A stretch of DNA of 64,000 bases, taken from an uncultured Chthonomonadaceae bacterium. GTDB taxonomy: Bacteria > Armatimonadota > Chthonomonadetes > Chthonomonadales > Chthonomonadaceae. The notes beneath the pieces were generated by a model. The model was not told the DNA's origin, searched no databases, and saw only the letters and a program-made list of their open reading frames with translations. This document shows, in pieces, positions 40,840-51,445 of this stretch; position 1 is the stretch's first letter, and every line of letters starts with the position of its first letter. The position numbers were made by a program, and so were the translations under genes. Location of the stretch: positions 352,001 through 416,000 of the forward strand of contig CAWFQB010000005.1 in NCBI GenBank assembly GCA_963817895.1, written 5' to 3'.

Positions 40840-40864
40840 AGGGCGCGGCAAGCAACACCCCTAC
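40840..40864 (-). repeat. GTAG-family REP-like element
   Basis: Reverse complement GTAGGGGTGTTGCTTGCCGCGCCCT matches the copies at 56549 and 56604. Confidence 0.7.
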
Positions 40865-40884
40865 GAGTTGTCATGGGAACGGTA

Positions 40885-41139
40885 TTACGGTTGCTCGCGC
40901 GCTTCTTGCGCCTGAATCTGAATGTGCGCCAGTTTGCGGAGAATGTGTTCCAGATGCAGGTCGGCGTTTGCCTCCATGCCCATCTCTTCCGCGAGTTCCA
41001 TGCGGCAGATATGGTGTTCCACTTCAATCCAGAGGGCGTTTATCCGCTCCGTCAGCGTTCGGATGTTGCGCTCGCGCATGGCATACCACACTTCACAATC
41101 CGCGATGGCCGCGCGGACTCTGGCTGTTTTCGTCTGCAT
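40885..41139 (-). CDS. Small helical hypothetical protein
   Basis: 84 aa; AAGGAG RBS. Confidence 0.6.
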   Translation of the reverse strand: MQTKTARVRAAIADCEVWYAMRERNIRTLTERINALWIEVEHHICRMELAEEMGMEANADLHLEHILRKLAHIQIQAQEAREQP

Positions 41140-41511
41140 GACTGTCTCCTTGATAATCGGCGTGAACTTACGTTGATCCCATGAAAATCTTGATGGAGCG
41201 GTTTCCGACCAGGTGGAAACCTGTTAATGCTATCAGTATACGCCCTCTCGACTGATTAAAAATATGAGATACGATACCCTCTGTCTGTGACTTTTGTAAC
41301 AGCCCGACCGCCTTCCGGTCGAGCCGCGCTTGCCTCCTGAAAATAATTGCAGATGGCGACGGGCATTACCAATAATTGCTCCTGTCAGGGATAAGGAATA
41401 AGAAGCAAGAAGTACGGGAAAAGAGAGAAAACCGAAGACGATTCCCGCCGCCTGAACCTTATAACACTAAACGGTTAAAACCCCGCTTATCTTACACGGG
41501 AGCATACATTT

Positions 41512-42264
41512 ATGGAGCGCGGACTCTACGCCGCCGCGTCGGCGATGCTGGCGCAGCAGACCATTCAGGAAGCCTTAGCGCAGAATATCGCTAACTCTAC
41601 CACGGTCGGCTACAAGCAGGACAATCCCACCTTTAAGGCGCTGCATGGCATGGCTATACAGCGAACGCTCAACAGTTCCGGGAGTGGGCAGTCCATCGGC
41701 GAACTGGGCATCGGCGTGGAAACCGACCAGCCGTACACGGACTGGCAAAAGGGCGCGATGGCGCAGACGAACAATCCGCTGGATGTCAGTCTCGACCCGA
41801 ACCAGTTTTTCGCGGTTCGCGCCCCGCAGGGCGAACGCTACACGCGGGCGGGAAATTTCCAGTTGGATGGGCAGGGCAATCTGCTCACCGCCAATGGCGA
41901 ACCCGTGCTTGGCGTCAATAATCAGCCCATCGTGGCGCGTGGAAACGGCAGCGTTATCATTGAAAGAACGGGCAGCGTAAAAGTAAACGGCGCTGAAGTG
42001 GGCAAACTGAAAGTCGCGCAATCCGACACGGCCCAGATGCGCAAGGACGGCAACAGCCTGTTCGCCGCCATTAACCCCGCCGCCATGCGCCCCGTCGCCA
42101 ACCCGGATGTGCATCCCGGCATGCTGGAACAATCCAATGTGGATGGCGTTCACGCGCTTGTGGAAATGATGACCGTTTCGCGCGGCTTCGACATGGCGCA
42201 GCGCGCACTTCTCACCCAGGACGAACTGCTGAAACACGCCAGCAGCGAGTTAGGGAAATTGTAG
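41512..42264 (+). CDS. flgF: Flagellar basal-body rod protein
   Basis: M.RGLY.AAS.M, NIAN..TVGYK, TNNPLDV, YTRAGNF and LEQSNVD. Confidence 0.9.
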   Translation: MERGLYAAASAMLAQQTIQEALAQNIANSTTVGYKQDNPTFKALHGMAIQRTLNSSGSGQSIGELGIGVETDQPYTDWQKGAMAQTNNPLDVSLDPNQFFAVRAPQGERYTRAGNFQLDGQGNLLTANGEPVLGVNNQPIVARGNGSVIIERTGSVKVNGAEVGKLKVAQSDTAQMRKDGNSLFAAINPAAMRPVANPDVHPGMLEQSNVDGVHALVEMMTVSRGFDMAQRALLTQDELLKHASSELGKL

Positions 42265-42268
42265 AAAT

Positions 42269-42385
42269 GGGAGTAGGGAGTAGGTTGCAGGGAGTAGATA
42301 AACGCGCTCCTGTCAACCCCTTTTAAACAGGCAAAACGGTAAATTACAGGCTTTGCCTAGTCCCTACAACCTACTCCCTACTTCC
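42269..42385. repeat. Inverted pair of (GGGAGTA)n-type arrays
   Basis: Arms at about 42269-42297 and 42357-42385. Confidence 0.85.
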
Positions 42386-42634
42386 TGATTTCAACGGCTG
42401 GTCCGCCCCGCCCTTACCCGGCGAGCGGAGGCCGTCCCGATCCCCGACTGATTGACGGGATCATTGTAACCGAAATTCATTTTTGTGAAGCGCAAGTTGC
42501 TATTTTGCAAGTCGGCGTAACCCTGCGCCCGCGCTTCCACTCCCATGCTGCGCCTGCCCGGTCCTATATTACTACTGGTGTAATCAGGCTGTGTTAAGGC
42601 GAGATGCGGAGGCTCTTTTCGGAGGACTGTCCTT

Positions 42635-43423
42635 ATGAGTTGCGCTCTGTTTACCGCCGCTACGGGGCTTGCCGCACAGCAGCTCAACCTCGACGTTATC
42701 GCCAACAACCTTGCCAACGCCAACACGGTCGGGTTCAAAAAAGCCCGCGCCGATTTCCACGACCTTGTGTACCAGATCAACCGCGAACCTGGCGCACAGA
42801 CCGGCGCGAACTCCTCCCTGCCCACCGGGATGCAAATCGGGCTTGGCGTCAGCGCAGGCACGACTGCCGCTTCGTTTTTGCAGGGAACGCCGCAGAGTAC
42901 GGGCGGCGATTACGACCTTGCCATTCAGGGGCAGGGCTTTTTCAAAGTGCTGCTTCCCGATGGAACCAGCGCGTACACCCGCGCCGGAAACTTCGCCATT
43001 GACAGCGCGGGCAAGCTCGTCACCTCTGAAGGCTACGCCGTCCAGCCCGAAATCATCGTTCCCCCGAACAAAAGCAACGTCAGCATCAGCATGGATGGTC
43101 AGGTTCAGGTGTCGGTTCCCGGCCAGGCCGCATCGCAGCAGGTTGGGCAGATACAACTCACTACCTTCCCCAACCCCGCCGGCCTGCGCAACCTCGGCGG
43201 CAACCTGTTTCAGGCGACCAGCGCTTCCGGGCAGGCGGCGGATGGCAATCCCGGCGCAAACGGCGCGGGTACACTGCAGCACCATGCCATCGAAGCCTCC
43301 AACGTGGACATTGTGGATGAAATGGTACGCATGATCGTGCTGCAACGCGCCTACGACACCAACTCCAAAGTGGTGCAAACGGCGGACGAGATGCTCAGTA
43401 CCACCAACAACCTCAAGCGGTAG
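42635..43423 (+). CDS. flgG: Flagellar distal rod protein
   Basis: AATGL.AQQ.NLDVIANNLANANTVGFK..RA.F.DL.YQ, P.G.QIGLGV and EASNVD.V.EM. Confidence 0.95.
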   Translation: MSCALFTAATGLAAQQLNLDVIANNLANANTVGFKKARADFHDLVYQINREPGAQTGANSSLPTGMQIGLGVSAGTTAASFLQGTPQSTGGDYDLAIQGQGFFKVLLPDGTSAYTRAGNFAIDSAGKLVTSEGYAVQPEIIVPPNKSNVSISMDGQVQVSVPGQAASQQVGQIQLTTFPNPAGLRNLGGNLFQATSASGQAADGNPGANGAGTLQHHAIEASNVDIVDEMVRMIVLQRAYDTNSKVVQTADEMLSTTNNLKR

Positions 43424-43562
43424 TGGTTGGTGGTTGGTGGTTGGTGATTGGTTGAAGCGCGACGGCGGATTATGGTATGGGCGTCGCGTTTCAACAAAAT
43501 CAGCCCCGGCAGAACGTGAGCATCGAAACTTTTCTCCTGTGCGCATTCGTGAAACCAAACCC

Positions 43563-44612
43563 ATGATTTTCTTTTACGCTCCGCCGCCAACCAGTACCGC
43601 TCAATTATCGTCAAGCGGCAATCGCCACTCGATAATTAGCAATCGAAAATCGGCAACCGATAATCAGCAATCGAAAATCGAAAATCGGCAATCGGCAATC
43701 ACGACGATTACGGCGAAGGCTGTTATCGAAGTGAAGGATACGCGCTTCACGCTGGGCGAGATCGCCGATCTGGACGGCAAGGATAAGGAATTGCTGGCGC
43801 GGCTGGCCCGCGTGGAGATTGGCGCGTCCCCTTTGCCCGGCCTGTCGCGCCCGCTGTATCCGGGCAACATCGCGGTACATCTGCGCGCCGCGCAACTGGG
43901 CAGCCTGCTGGACAGCAAAAAGCTGGAAATCGTCGCGCCAAGCGAGATGCGCGTGACGCGGGGCGGGCAGGATGTGAGCGCGGACGAGATCACGCGGGTC
44001 GCGCTCGCGGCAGGGCAGGCGGCTGTCAAAGACATTCCCAACGCCACTCTTGAAGTCGAGCCGGTGAACGGCAAAGCCACCCTGCCTTCGGGCAAACTCC
44101 GGGTGATCGCGGGCGCGTTTCACATTCTGCCCGAAGGCGGCGCGTTTACAGTTCCCGTGACCCTGATGGCGGATGGCAAAATCGAGCGGGTTGTCAATGT
44201 TACGCTGCGGATGCAGCGCAGGCTCATGGCGCTTGTCGCCACACATCCTCTGGAACCGCATGACATACTGGCAGCCGAAGATGTGCAGCTTACGCTCGTG
44301 ACCCTGCCGCCCGGTTTTATAAAGCCTGTAATCCGGCTGGAAGACGCTATCGGCAAGCGCGTGACCCGGCGAATTTTGCCCGACGGCCTGCTGTCGGCAA
44401 CGATGCTGGAAGTTCCGCCGGACATGGCGGCCAACGCCCGACTGACCATTGAATACATTTATGGCAGCATCCACATTACGGCCCCCGGATTGGCGCGGCA
44501 GGCGGGCAAAATCGGAGATACCATTCGCGTGTACGCCCTCGATACGCATCGGGAACTGGAAGCCGTCATCGTGGACGAGCATACGGTTCAACTGCGGGAA
44601 GCGGGAGAATAG
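43563..44612 (+). CDS. flgA: Flagellar P-ring assembly chaperone
   Basis: TLGEIA N-domain; SAF-like GKR..R; C-terminal G.A.Q.G.IGDTIRV; position between flgG and flgH; start uncertain. Confidence 0.8.
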   Translation: MIFFYAPPPTSTAQLSSSGNRHSIISNRKSATDNQQSKIENRQSAITTITAKAVIEVKDTRFTLGEIADLDGKDKELLARLARVEIGASPLPGLSRPLYPGNIAVHLRAAQLGSLLDSKKLEIVAPSEMRVTRGGQDVSADEITRVALAAGQAAVKDIPNATLEVEPVNGKATLPSGKLRVIAGAFHILPEGGAFTVPVTLMADGKIERVVNVTLRMQRRLMALVATHPLEPHDILAAEDVQLTLVTLPPGFIKPVIRLEDAIGKRVTRRILPDGLLSATMLEVPPDMAANARLTIEYIYGSIHITAPGLARQAGKIGDTIRVYALDTHRELEAVIVDEHTVQLREAGE

Positions 44613-44621
44613 GAAACCATC

Positions 44622-45311
44622 ATGGTCAACAACAGCGTCAGCCTCATTATTTTTTCTCCTAACATATCAGGAGTGGGGAAAGTTCGCAAATTAGCCGGTT
44701 TCAGTCTTTTTTGCGCGATAAATTTTTGCGCGGTTCCGGTCAGCGCCCGCGCCGACTCGCTGTTCCCCACAGAGCAGGCGACCAAAGCCCTGCGCGGCAG
44801 CAGCAGCGCGAGCGCGGCGTCGCTGTTCACCGACACCCGCGCCCACAGCGCAGGCGACATTCTGACCATCACGGTTGCGGAAAGCACCAGCGCGCAATCT
44901 ACGGCAACCACCAAAACCGCGCACGATGATTCGGTCAGCACGTTCGGCGGCACGGGATTGGTGCAGCGGTTCTTCCGTGACCTTGCCCTGACCGCCAACA
45001 ATTCCCGCTCCGGCAACGGAACCGGCTCCACCACGCGCTCCGGTTCGCTGACGACAACGCTTTCCGTGATTGTCAAGGAGGTTCTGCCCAACAACACGCT
45101 CCGCATCGAGGGGACGCGACTTGTGGGCATCAACCGTGAAACGCAGCGCGTCACGTTCAGCGGCATTGTGCGCCCCGAAGACATCGGCCCGGACAATACG
45201 GTTCCCTCCAACCTGATCGCGGGCGTGGAAGTGCGCTACGACGGCAAGGGAATCGTCGGCGACACGCAAAAACCGGGCATCCTGTCGCGCATCTTCCGCT
45301 TCCTGTTCTAA
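44622..45311 (+). CDS. flgH: Flagellar L-ring protein
   Basis: LFTD.RA...GDILTI.V.E, V.EVLPN..L.IEG and SGIVRPEDI..DNTV.S; true start probably downstream. Confidence 0.92.
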   Translation: MVNNSVSLIIFSPNISGVGKVRKLAGFSLFCAINFCAVPVSARADSLFPTEQATKALRGSSSASAASLFTDTRAHSAGDILTITVAESTSAQSTATTKTAHDDSVSTFGGTGLVQRFFRDLALTANNSRSGNGTGSTTRSGSLTTTLSVIVKEVLPNNTLRIEGTRLVGINRETQRVTFSGIVRPEDIGPDNTVPSNLIAGVEVRYDGKGIVGDTQKPGILSRIFRFLF

Positions 45312-45352
45312 AGCCGTGAATTCCCAATAAACAGGATAGTCTGCATAAATAG

Positions 45353-45411
45353 CCCCTCTCCTAGCGACGCAGGAGCGGCCAGGAGAGGGGTTGGGGTGAG
45401 GTAGTTTTAAG
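45353..45411. repeat. CCCCTCTCC...GGAGAGGGG-TTGGGGTGAGG palindromic element
   Basis: Hairpin with the characteristic GGGGTGAGG tail; a degenerate relative lies near 39089-39125. Confidence 0.6.
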
Positions 45412-45421
45412 GGGTAACAAA

Positions 45422-46699
45422 TTGATGAGAGTGTCACGCGCTGCGATTGCATTTTTGGTGTCAGGATGGCTTGCCGTTGGGAACGGCGTTTGTCGGGCGG
45501 AAGAGACGCCGGTTGAAGTTCCGGGTGGGGCAGAATTGTCCGCGCCGCCGAAAACCCGCGTTCCGCCCAAACAGCCGACCGGCAAAATAAGCATGAGCGG
45601 CAGTTCGCGCCGCGCCACAGGCGGGCAGGCGGACGCGGACAGCGCAGGCGGAATCGGGCAGGCGCGTATCAAGGACATTGCCACCGTGCAGGGCGTTCGC
45701 AGCAACCAACTCTTCGGATACGGGCTGGTTGTGGGATTGGAAGGAACAGGGGACGGTTCCTCGTCCCTGTTCACCGTGTCCAGCATCGTCAACATGCTGC
45801 GCCGACAGGGAATCAACGTTCCCATTGACCAGACGCGGGTGAAGAACGTGGCCGCCGTCATGGTCACAGCCGACCTGCCCGCGTTTGCCAAGAAGGGCAG
45901 CCCGATAGACGTTACCGTGTCCTCCATGGGGGATGCCAAATCTTTGCAGGGCGGCACGCTGCTGCAAACGCCGCTCATGGCCGCAAACGGCGAAGTGTAC
46001 GCGGCGGCGCAGGGCGCATTATCTATCGGCGGCTTCAATTTTGAGGCGGGCGGCTCGAAAGTGCAGAAGAACCACGTCAACGTGGGGCGTATCCCGCATG
46101 GGGCGATTGTGGAACAAGAGGTTCCCACGACGCTGACGGACGGTTCCACCATTCAAATCACGCTGCGCGAACCGGATTTCACGACTGCAAGCCGCATGGC
46201 CGCCGCCATTCGACGCCAGATGCCCGGAACCAGCGCGCTGGCAATGGACGCGGCAACCGTGTCCGTAGGCCTTCCGGCGGGACGGGCGGAAGACACCATC
46301 AGTTTTCTCGCGCAGGTGGAAACAGTTCGCCTGACTCCGGACGTGCAGGCCAAAATTGTGGTCAATGAGCGCACGGGAACGGTTGTCATGGGCGGCAACG
46401 TGCGGCTCGCGCCCGGTTCCATCGCGCACGGGGCCATCAACATCCGGGTCATCAACACGCCCATTGTGATTCCCGCGCCGCCCAATTCCATCAATGCGCC
46501 GCCGCCCGTCGTCGTGCCGCAAAAAGAGGTGCAGGTGAAGGAAAGCACGGCGCAGTTCGCGCCCATCACCGCGACCACAACGGTGACGCAGCTTGTCGGC
46601 GCGCTCAACGGGCTGGGCGTCACGCCCCGCGACCTGATCTCCATTTTGCAGGCCATGCACGCGGCAGGCATGATTTCGGCAGAAATCGAGGTGCAGTAG
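45422..46699 (+). CDS. flgI: Flagellar P-ring protein
   Basis: RIKDI..VQGVR.NQL.GYGLVVGL.GTGD, KNVAAVMVTA and GVTPRDLISILQA. Confidence 0.96.
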   Translation: MMRVSRAAIAFLVSGWLAVGNGVCRAEETPVEVPGGAELSAPPKTRVPPKQPTGKISMSGSSRRATGGQADADSAGGIGQARIKDIATVQGVRSNQLFGYGLVVGLEGTGDGSSSLFTVSSIVNMLRRQGINVPIDQTRVKNVAAVMVTADLPAFAKKGSPIDVTVSSMGDAKSLQGGTLLQTPLMAANGEVYAAAQGALSIGGFNFEAGGSKVQKNHVNVGRIPHGAIVEQEVPTTLTDGSTIQITLREPDFTTASRMAAAIRRQMPGTSALAMDAATVSVGLPAGRAEDTISFLAQVETVRLTPDVQAKIVVNERTGTVVMGGNVRLAPGSIAHGAINIRVINTPIVIPAPPNSINAPPPVVVPQKEVQVKESTAQFAPITATTTVTQLVGALNGLGVTPRDLISILQAMHAAGMISAEIEVQ

Positions 46700-47032
46700 T
46701 GAACGTTCAGGATTTCAGGGGTCAGGATTCAGGGGTCGGCGAGTTCGGCCAAACCGAGTACAACAGAAAAAAGGACAAGCTGAAGCAGACCACGCAGGAC
46801 TTCGAGGCTATCTTTCTCGGCATGATGCTCAAGCAGATGCGCAAATCCGTTGCGGGGCAGGACGCTCTTTTCGGCAAAAGCCACGAAGTCCAAAATGTTT
46901 CAGGACATGATGGACGACACAACCGCCAAAAATCTCAGCAAAGCCGGCTCCTTCGGCCTGGCGAAACTGCTGTACAAAACGATGGAACACACTTTGCCGC
47001 CGAAGCCGGACAAAGTAGGGAGTGGGGAGTAG
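46699..47032 (+). CDS. flgJ: Single-domain FlgJ-like rod-binding protein (frameshift near 46885)
   Basis: L....DFEAIFL.MMLKQMRKSV, then MFQDMMD...GLAKLLY in the next frame. Confidence 0.8.
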
Positions 47033-47142
47033 AAAGTAGGGAATGGGAAAAGTTTTCATGCCATTCGTTTTACCTGTTAGCACGAGCGGTATAAGCGCAA
47101 GCGAAGTTTTCCTACTCACCTACTTCCTACTCCCCACTCCCT
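47014..47142. repeat. Inverted pair of (AGTAGGG)n-type arrays
   Basis: Arms at about 47014-47048 and 47111-47142. Confidence 0.85.
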
Positions 47143-47155
47143 GTATGGAGATGCC

Positions 47156-47656
47156 ATGCCTCGCGCCAACACCACGCCTGCCACGTTGCGCCGCATTTTG
47201 AAGCAGGAATTGATTCTCGGTCAGAAGCTGCTGACGCTGACGCAGGAAGAAAGCGACGTTATCGTCCGCAACGACGTGGAACGCCTGACCGCGCTGCAAG
47301 CGGAACTGCAGCAATGTTTGCGGGAGCAGCAGGAACTGGAGCGGGCCCGCGCCGTCGCTACCCGCGACCTGGCCTGGAACCTGGGATTGGAGCATGCGCC
47401 GCCCCTGTCCGGCCTGATTGCCGCGCTGCCCGTTCGGGAACAGGAGGGCCTGCGCGCGCTTCGCGCCGACCTGCTCCGGATGCATCAGCAGTTGGAAATC
47501 GTACAGGCGCGTAATCGCCGTCTGCTCGACAACGCTCTGGAGTACGTCCGTTTCAGCCTGGACGCGCTCACTTCCGCCGCGCTCCAGCCCGCCCGCTACG
47601 GAGCCAACCTGAAGCGCCTCACCGCGCCGACGTTTTATATTGATAGCAAAGCGTAG
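47156..47656 (+). CDS. flgN: Flagellar export chaperone
   Basis: Helical, N..LL...L.Y; directly upstream of flgK. Confidence 0.85.
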   Translation: MPRANTTPATLRRILKQELILGQKLLTLTQEESDVIVRNDVERLTALQAELQQCLREQQELERARAVATRDLAWNLGLEHAPPLSGLIAALPVREQEGLRALRADLLRMHQQLEIVQARNRRLLDNALEYVRFSLDALTSAALQPARYGANLKRLTAPTFYIDSKA

Positions 47657-47723
47657 GTGTGGTAGTGAGAGTATGATACGCATTAATGCAAGCTATCGCG
47701 GCACCACACCCCCACAGAAACCC

Positions 47724-49172
47724 ATGCCTTCCACATTTTTCGGATTGGAAATCGGAACCCGCGCGCTGTACGTCCAGCCAGATCGCGCTCAATGTTGTCA
47801 GCAACAACACATCCAACATCAACACGCCCGGTTACTCGCGGCAGAACGTGGATTTTCAGGAAACCGACCCCTACACGCTGCCGGACTCCGCGCCCACCAG
47901 CCGGGGGAGTTGGGAACCGGCGTCAGCGTGGCAAGCGTGAACCGCGTCCGCGATCAGTTTGTAGATAAGCGCGTGTGGGCGGCAAACTCGCAGTCGGGAG
48001 CCGATCACCAATCTGCGCGACACTCTGACGCAGGTGGAAAACGCCTATAACGAACCGAGCGATACGGGATTGGGGCAGCAGATCACCGACCTGTACAACA
48101 GCTTTTCCGATCTGGCTTCCAACCCGGAAAGCAGCGCGGTTCGCTCCACGGTCATCAACAAGGCGCAAACTCTGGTCAGTTCGTTCCACGCCGTCAGCGT
48201 GTCGCTGAACGAAATCACGCCGCAGATCAACGCCAAAATCAGCGCCACCGTAGACACCGTGAACCACATCGCCGGACAGATTGCCACTCTCAACAAAGCC
48301 ATCGGCCTGAGCGTGGCGTCGGGCGACACTCCCAACGACCTGCTGGATAAGCGTGGGCAACTGCTCTCGCAACTCAGCGGCTATGTTGACGTGCAGGTGA
48401 TAGATCAGAAAAACGCGCAGACGGGCCAACCGAACGGCAAAGTCAGCGTCAACGTGGGCGGCTATTCGCTGGTGCAGGACGACAGCGCGAACCTGCTGCC
48501 AAAAACCATAACAACGACCAACAACACTCTGGGACTGACGACGGACACGGGCGATACCATTCCCCTGCGGAGCGGCGAATTGTACGGCCTCGTGAAAGCC
48601 ACCACACTGGTCAAGGGGTATCAGGCCGACCTGGACACGCTGGCCTACAACGTTGTCAGCGCCACCAATCTGCGGCATCAGTCCGGATACGGGCTGGACG
48701 GCACGACCAACAACGCTTTTTTCGGCGCGCTGACGACATCGCAGGGCGCGGCGGCGGCTATCACTATAGATCCGGCGTGGAGGGAGATTTGAACAAGATC
48801 GCCGCTGCCGCCGCGCCCACGCCGCCCAATACCTTCGCGCCCGGCAACGGCGACAACGCCCGCGCGCTGGCAAATCTGGCTTCCGATCAGGTTATCGGCA
48901 ATTTCAGCCTGAACAGCTACTACAATTCCAGAGTCGCTTCTGTGGGCGCGGACTCGCAGACATTTCAGCAGGAAGCGGACAATCAGGCCAAAGTGCTGTC
49001 GCAACTGCAAAATCAGCAGTCGTCGGTATCCGGCGTGAACCTGGACGAAGAACTGACCAAGCTGCTCCAGTATCAGCGCGCGTACCAGGCCGCCGCCCGC
49101 GTCATCAACACGGCAGACGCTTTTCTGAATACCATCATCAATGGTTTAGGAGCTGCTACCGCAACGGGATAA
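47724..49172 (+). CDS. flgK: Hook-associated protein 1 (several frameshifts)
   Basis: STFFGLEIG.RAL, N.SN.NTPGYSRQ, PNDLLDKR and SVSGVNLDEE...YQRAY.AAAR, split over frames. Confidence 0.92.
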
Positions 49173-49240
49173 CTTTATGAGAGTGAGAGTGAGAGGAGAG
49201 AAGTATCTCGTTCGCTCTCACTCTTCACCTGGAGGCGACC

Positions 49241-50138
49241 ATGTTTACACGACTCAGCAGCACCCAAATAGCCGACAGTTCCGTGTTCGGCATTCAGCAG
49301 GCGTACAACCGGTTTGACATTGCGCAGCGCAAGGTCAATACGGGCAAACAACTGCAAACGCCCTCCGACAACCCGACCGGCACGGCGCAAACGCTGGAAT
49401 TTCGCGAGCGCGTGTCGGAACTGGATCAGTTCGGGCGCCCGATCAGCCAGGCGCAAGAACTTTATTTCCACGAGCGAGGCCGCTCTGGCAGCGTGACCTC
49501 GCTGACGCGGCAGGCGCGCACCATCGGCGTACAGGCGGCCAGCGACAACCTGACTGTGGAACCCGCGCCGCCCTGGGCGACCAGCTTCAAAACATCATCA
49601 GCCAGGTCGCCAACATCGGCAACACCACTTATGGCACACAGTACATATTCGGGGGACAGCGCACGGACACGGCCCCGCTTCTGGGAACGCCGCCGGATAC
49701 AAATATGTCGGCGGCACGGCAGATACGGGCGATGCGGATTTGACCCTCACTATCGGGCGCAATGAAACCATCAAGATCAACGTGACGGGCGATCAGGTGT
49801 TCATCCCCCTGCTGAACGCGTTGGGCAAACTGCGCGACGATGTGAGTACCGGCGCGACCAGCGTGATCTCCAACACCGATTTGACGCAGGTGGACGCGCA
49901 ATTGAACAACGTGCTGGCCGTTCGGGCCGATCTGGGTTCCAAAGTGCAGCGGCTGCAATTGACCACGCAGCGCAACGAGGTGACAAAAGAGAACTACACC
50001 AAATTCATCTCCAATATCGAGGACGCGGACATTCCCAGTTCCATCGTGGAACTGCAAACCGCGCAAACCGCGTATCAGGCCGCGCTGCAATCTACATCGC
50101 GCACGTTCCAGAACAGCCTGCTGGATTTTATCAAGTAG
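49241..50138 (+). CDS. flgL: Hook-associated protein 3 (several frameshifts)
   Basis: TGK....PSDNP, YIFGG, RADLG, S.IEDAD and AYQAALQ...SLLDFIK. Confidence 0.9.
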
Positions 50139-50139
50139 G

Positions 50140-50238
50140 GATTAGATATTAGATATTAGATATTAGCGAAGACCCACCTGGAAGCAAGCCCTTGAATGTT
50201 AAAACGCGCCTATTTTGTCTAATATCTAATATCTAATC
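50140..50238. repeat. Inverted pair of (ATTAGAT)n arrays
   Basis: Arms at about 50140-50166 and 50218-50238. Confidence 0.9.
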
Positions 50239-50267
50239 GCCTCCTCATCGGACAAAGCGAGAACTGC

Positions 50268-50850
50268 ATGGTAATGATACTGGACAAGACGAGGCTGGAT
50301 GTATCGCTGGATGTGCGCCGCAATCGCGCGGCGGAAGCGGACAAAAGCGCAAAGGGCGGAACCCACAGGCCCATGTGTGAGCAGGGAGCCGAAACCGGTT
50401 GTTGAAACTACCCGCTTCGGCCTGCTGGAAGTGGACCCGGACCTGGTGCTGACGTTTGCGGACGGCCTTGATCGGGTTCGAGCGCTGCTGCCGCTACATT
50501 GTGGTGCGGCATCAGGACAACAGCGCGTTTCGCTGGCTGCAATCTCTGGAGGAAGCCCGCATGTCGCGTTCCCCATTATGGAGCCGGGAGAGTTTTGCGC
50601 CGATTACGCGCCCACCATTTCCGATGCGGACGCGCGCGGTTTGAACCTGACGGGGGAAACGCCAACACTGCTGTTTACCATCGTCACCATTCCGCCGAGC
50701 AGCCCGCGCGACATGACGGCCAACCTGCTGGCTCCCCTGGTCATCAACGGCCTGACGCGCCGGGGCAAACAGGTCATCGTGCAGGATGAGGGCTTGACCA
50801 CGCGCCACAAAATCATGGATGAGATCGCGGCCCGGCCCAAAAAGGACTGA
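50268..50850 (+). CDS. fliW: Flagellar assembly factor, CsrA antagonist (frameshifts; start uncertain)
   Basis: TTRFG, F..GLIGFE, F.WLQSL and MTANL.APLVIN...GKQVI. Confidence 0.88.
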
Positions 50851-50889
50851 GGAAACCGCTTCCAACTGCCGAAGATAGAACATACCGGA

Positions 50890-50928
50890 GAAAAGCCACG
50901 CGAAGCGATGGGCTTCGCGTGGCTTTTC
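50890..50928 (+). terminator. 17-bp hairpin between fliW and csrA
   Basis: GAAAAGCCACGCGAAGC / GCTTCGCGTGGCTTTTC. Confidence 0.65.
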
Positions 50929-51048
50929 AAAACTGTGTGGTTCCACGCTGAAGCGCGTCTAAACGCATTTCCTAACAACCTGACAACTTAACAACTAACA
51001 ACCTATTCCCCTACTTGTTCGCATTTCACGCCATGGAGGGCCACGTAA

Positions 51049-51291
51049 ATGCTCGTATTGACTCGTAAGCCCGATCAAAGTATCATGGTCGGCGCGGAAA
51101 TCGAAATCACCGTTCTGGAAGTGCGCGGCGAACAGGTGCGCCTGGGCATCCGCGCTCCCCGCGCCGTGACCGTGCATCGCAAAGAGGTTTTCGAGCAGAT
51201 ACGCCTGGAAAACCAGAACGCGAGCGCGACTGCCCTCGACATTCTCCCCGACTTTTCCGAACTCATCGTCCATCTTACCAATCCTCAATAG
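51049..51291 (+). CDS. csrA: Carbon storage regulator
   Basis: MLVLTRK..QSIM.G..IEITVL.V.GEQVRLGI.AP..V.VHRKE. Confidence 0.97.
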   Translation: MLVLTRKPDQSIMVGAEIEITVLEVRGEQVRLGIRAPRAVTVHRKEVFEQIRLENQNASATALDILPDFSELIVHLTNPQ

Positions 51292-51445
51292 CGTTCCGCG
51301 TATTTGCAATATCCGCCGTTTTCATCTGCGCGGGCAGGAAAACGGGGGATACGCAGGCAATATGTGTCCGTGAACACTCGCCGCGAACAGGGGTTCGGAA
51401 TGAATCCTGTTTTGAGTGAGACAGCCGTTCAGGAGCGGAAAGCCT

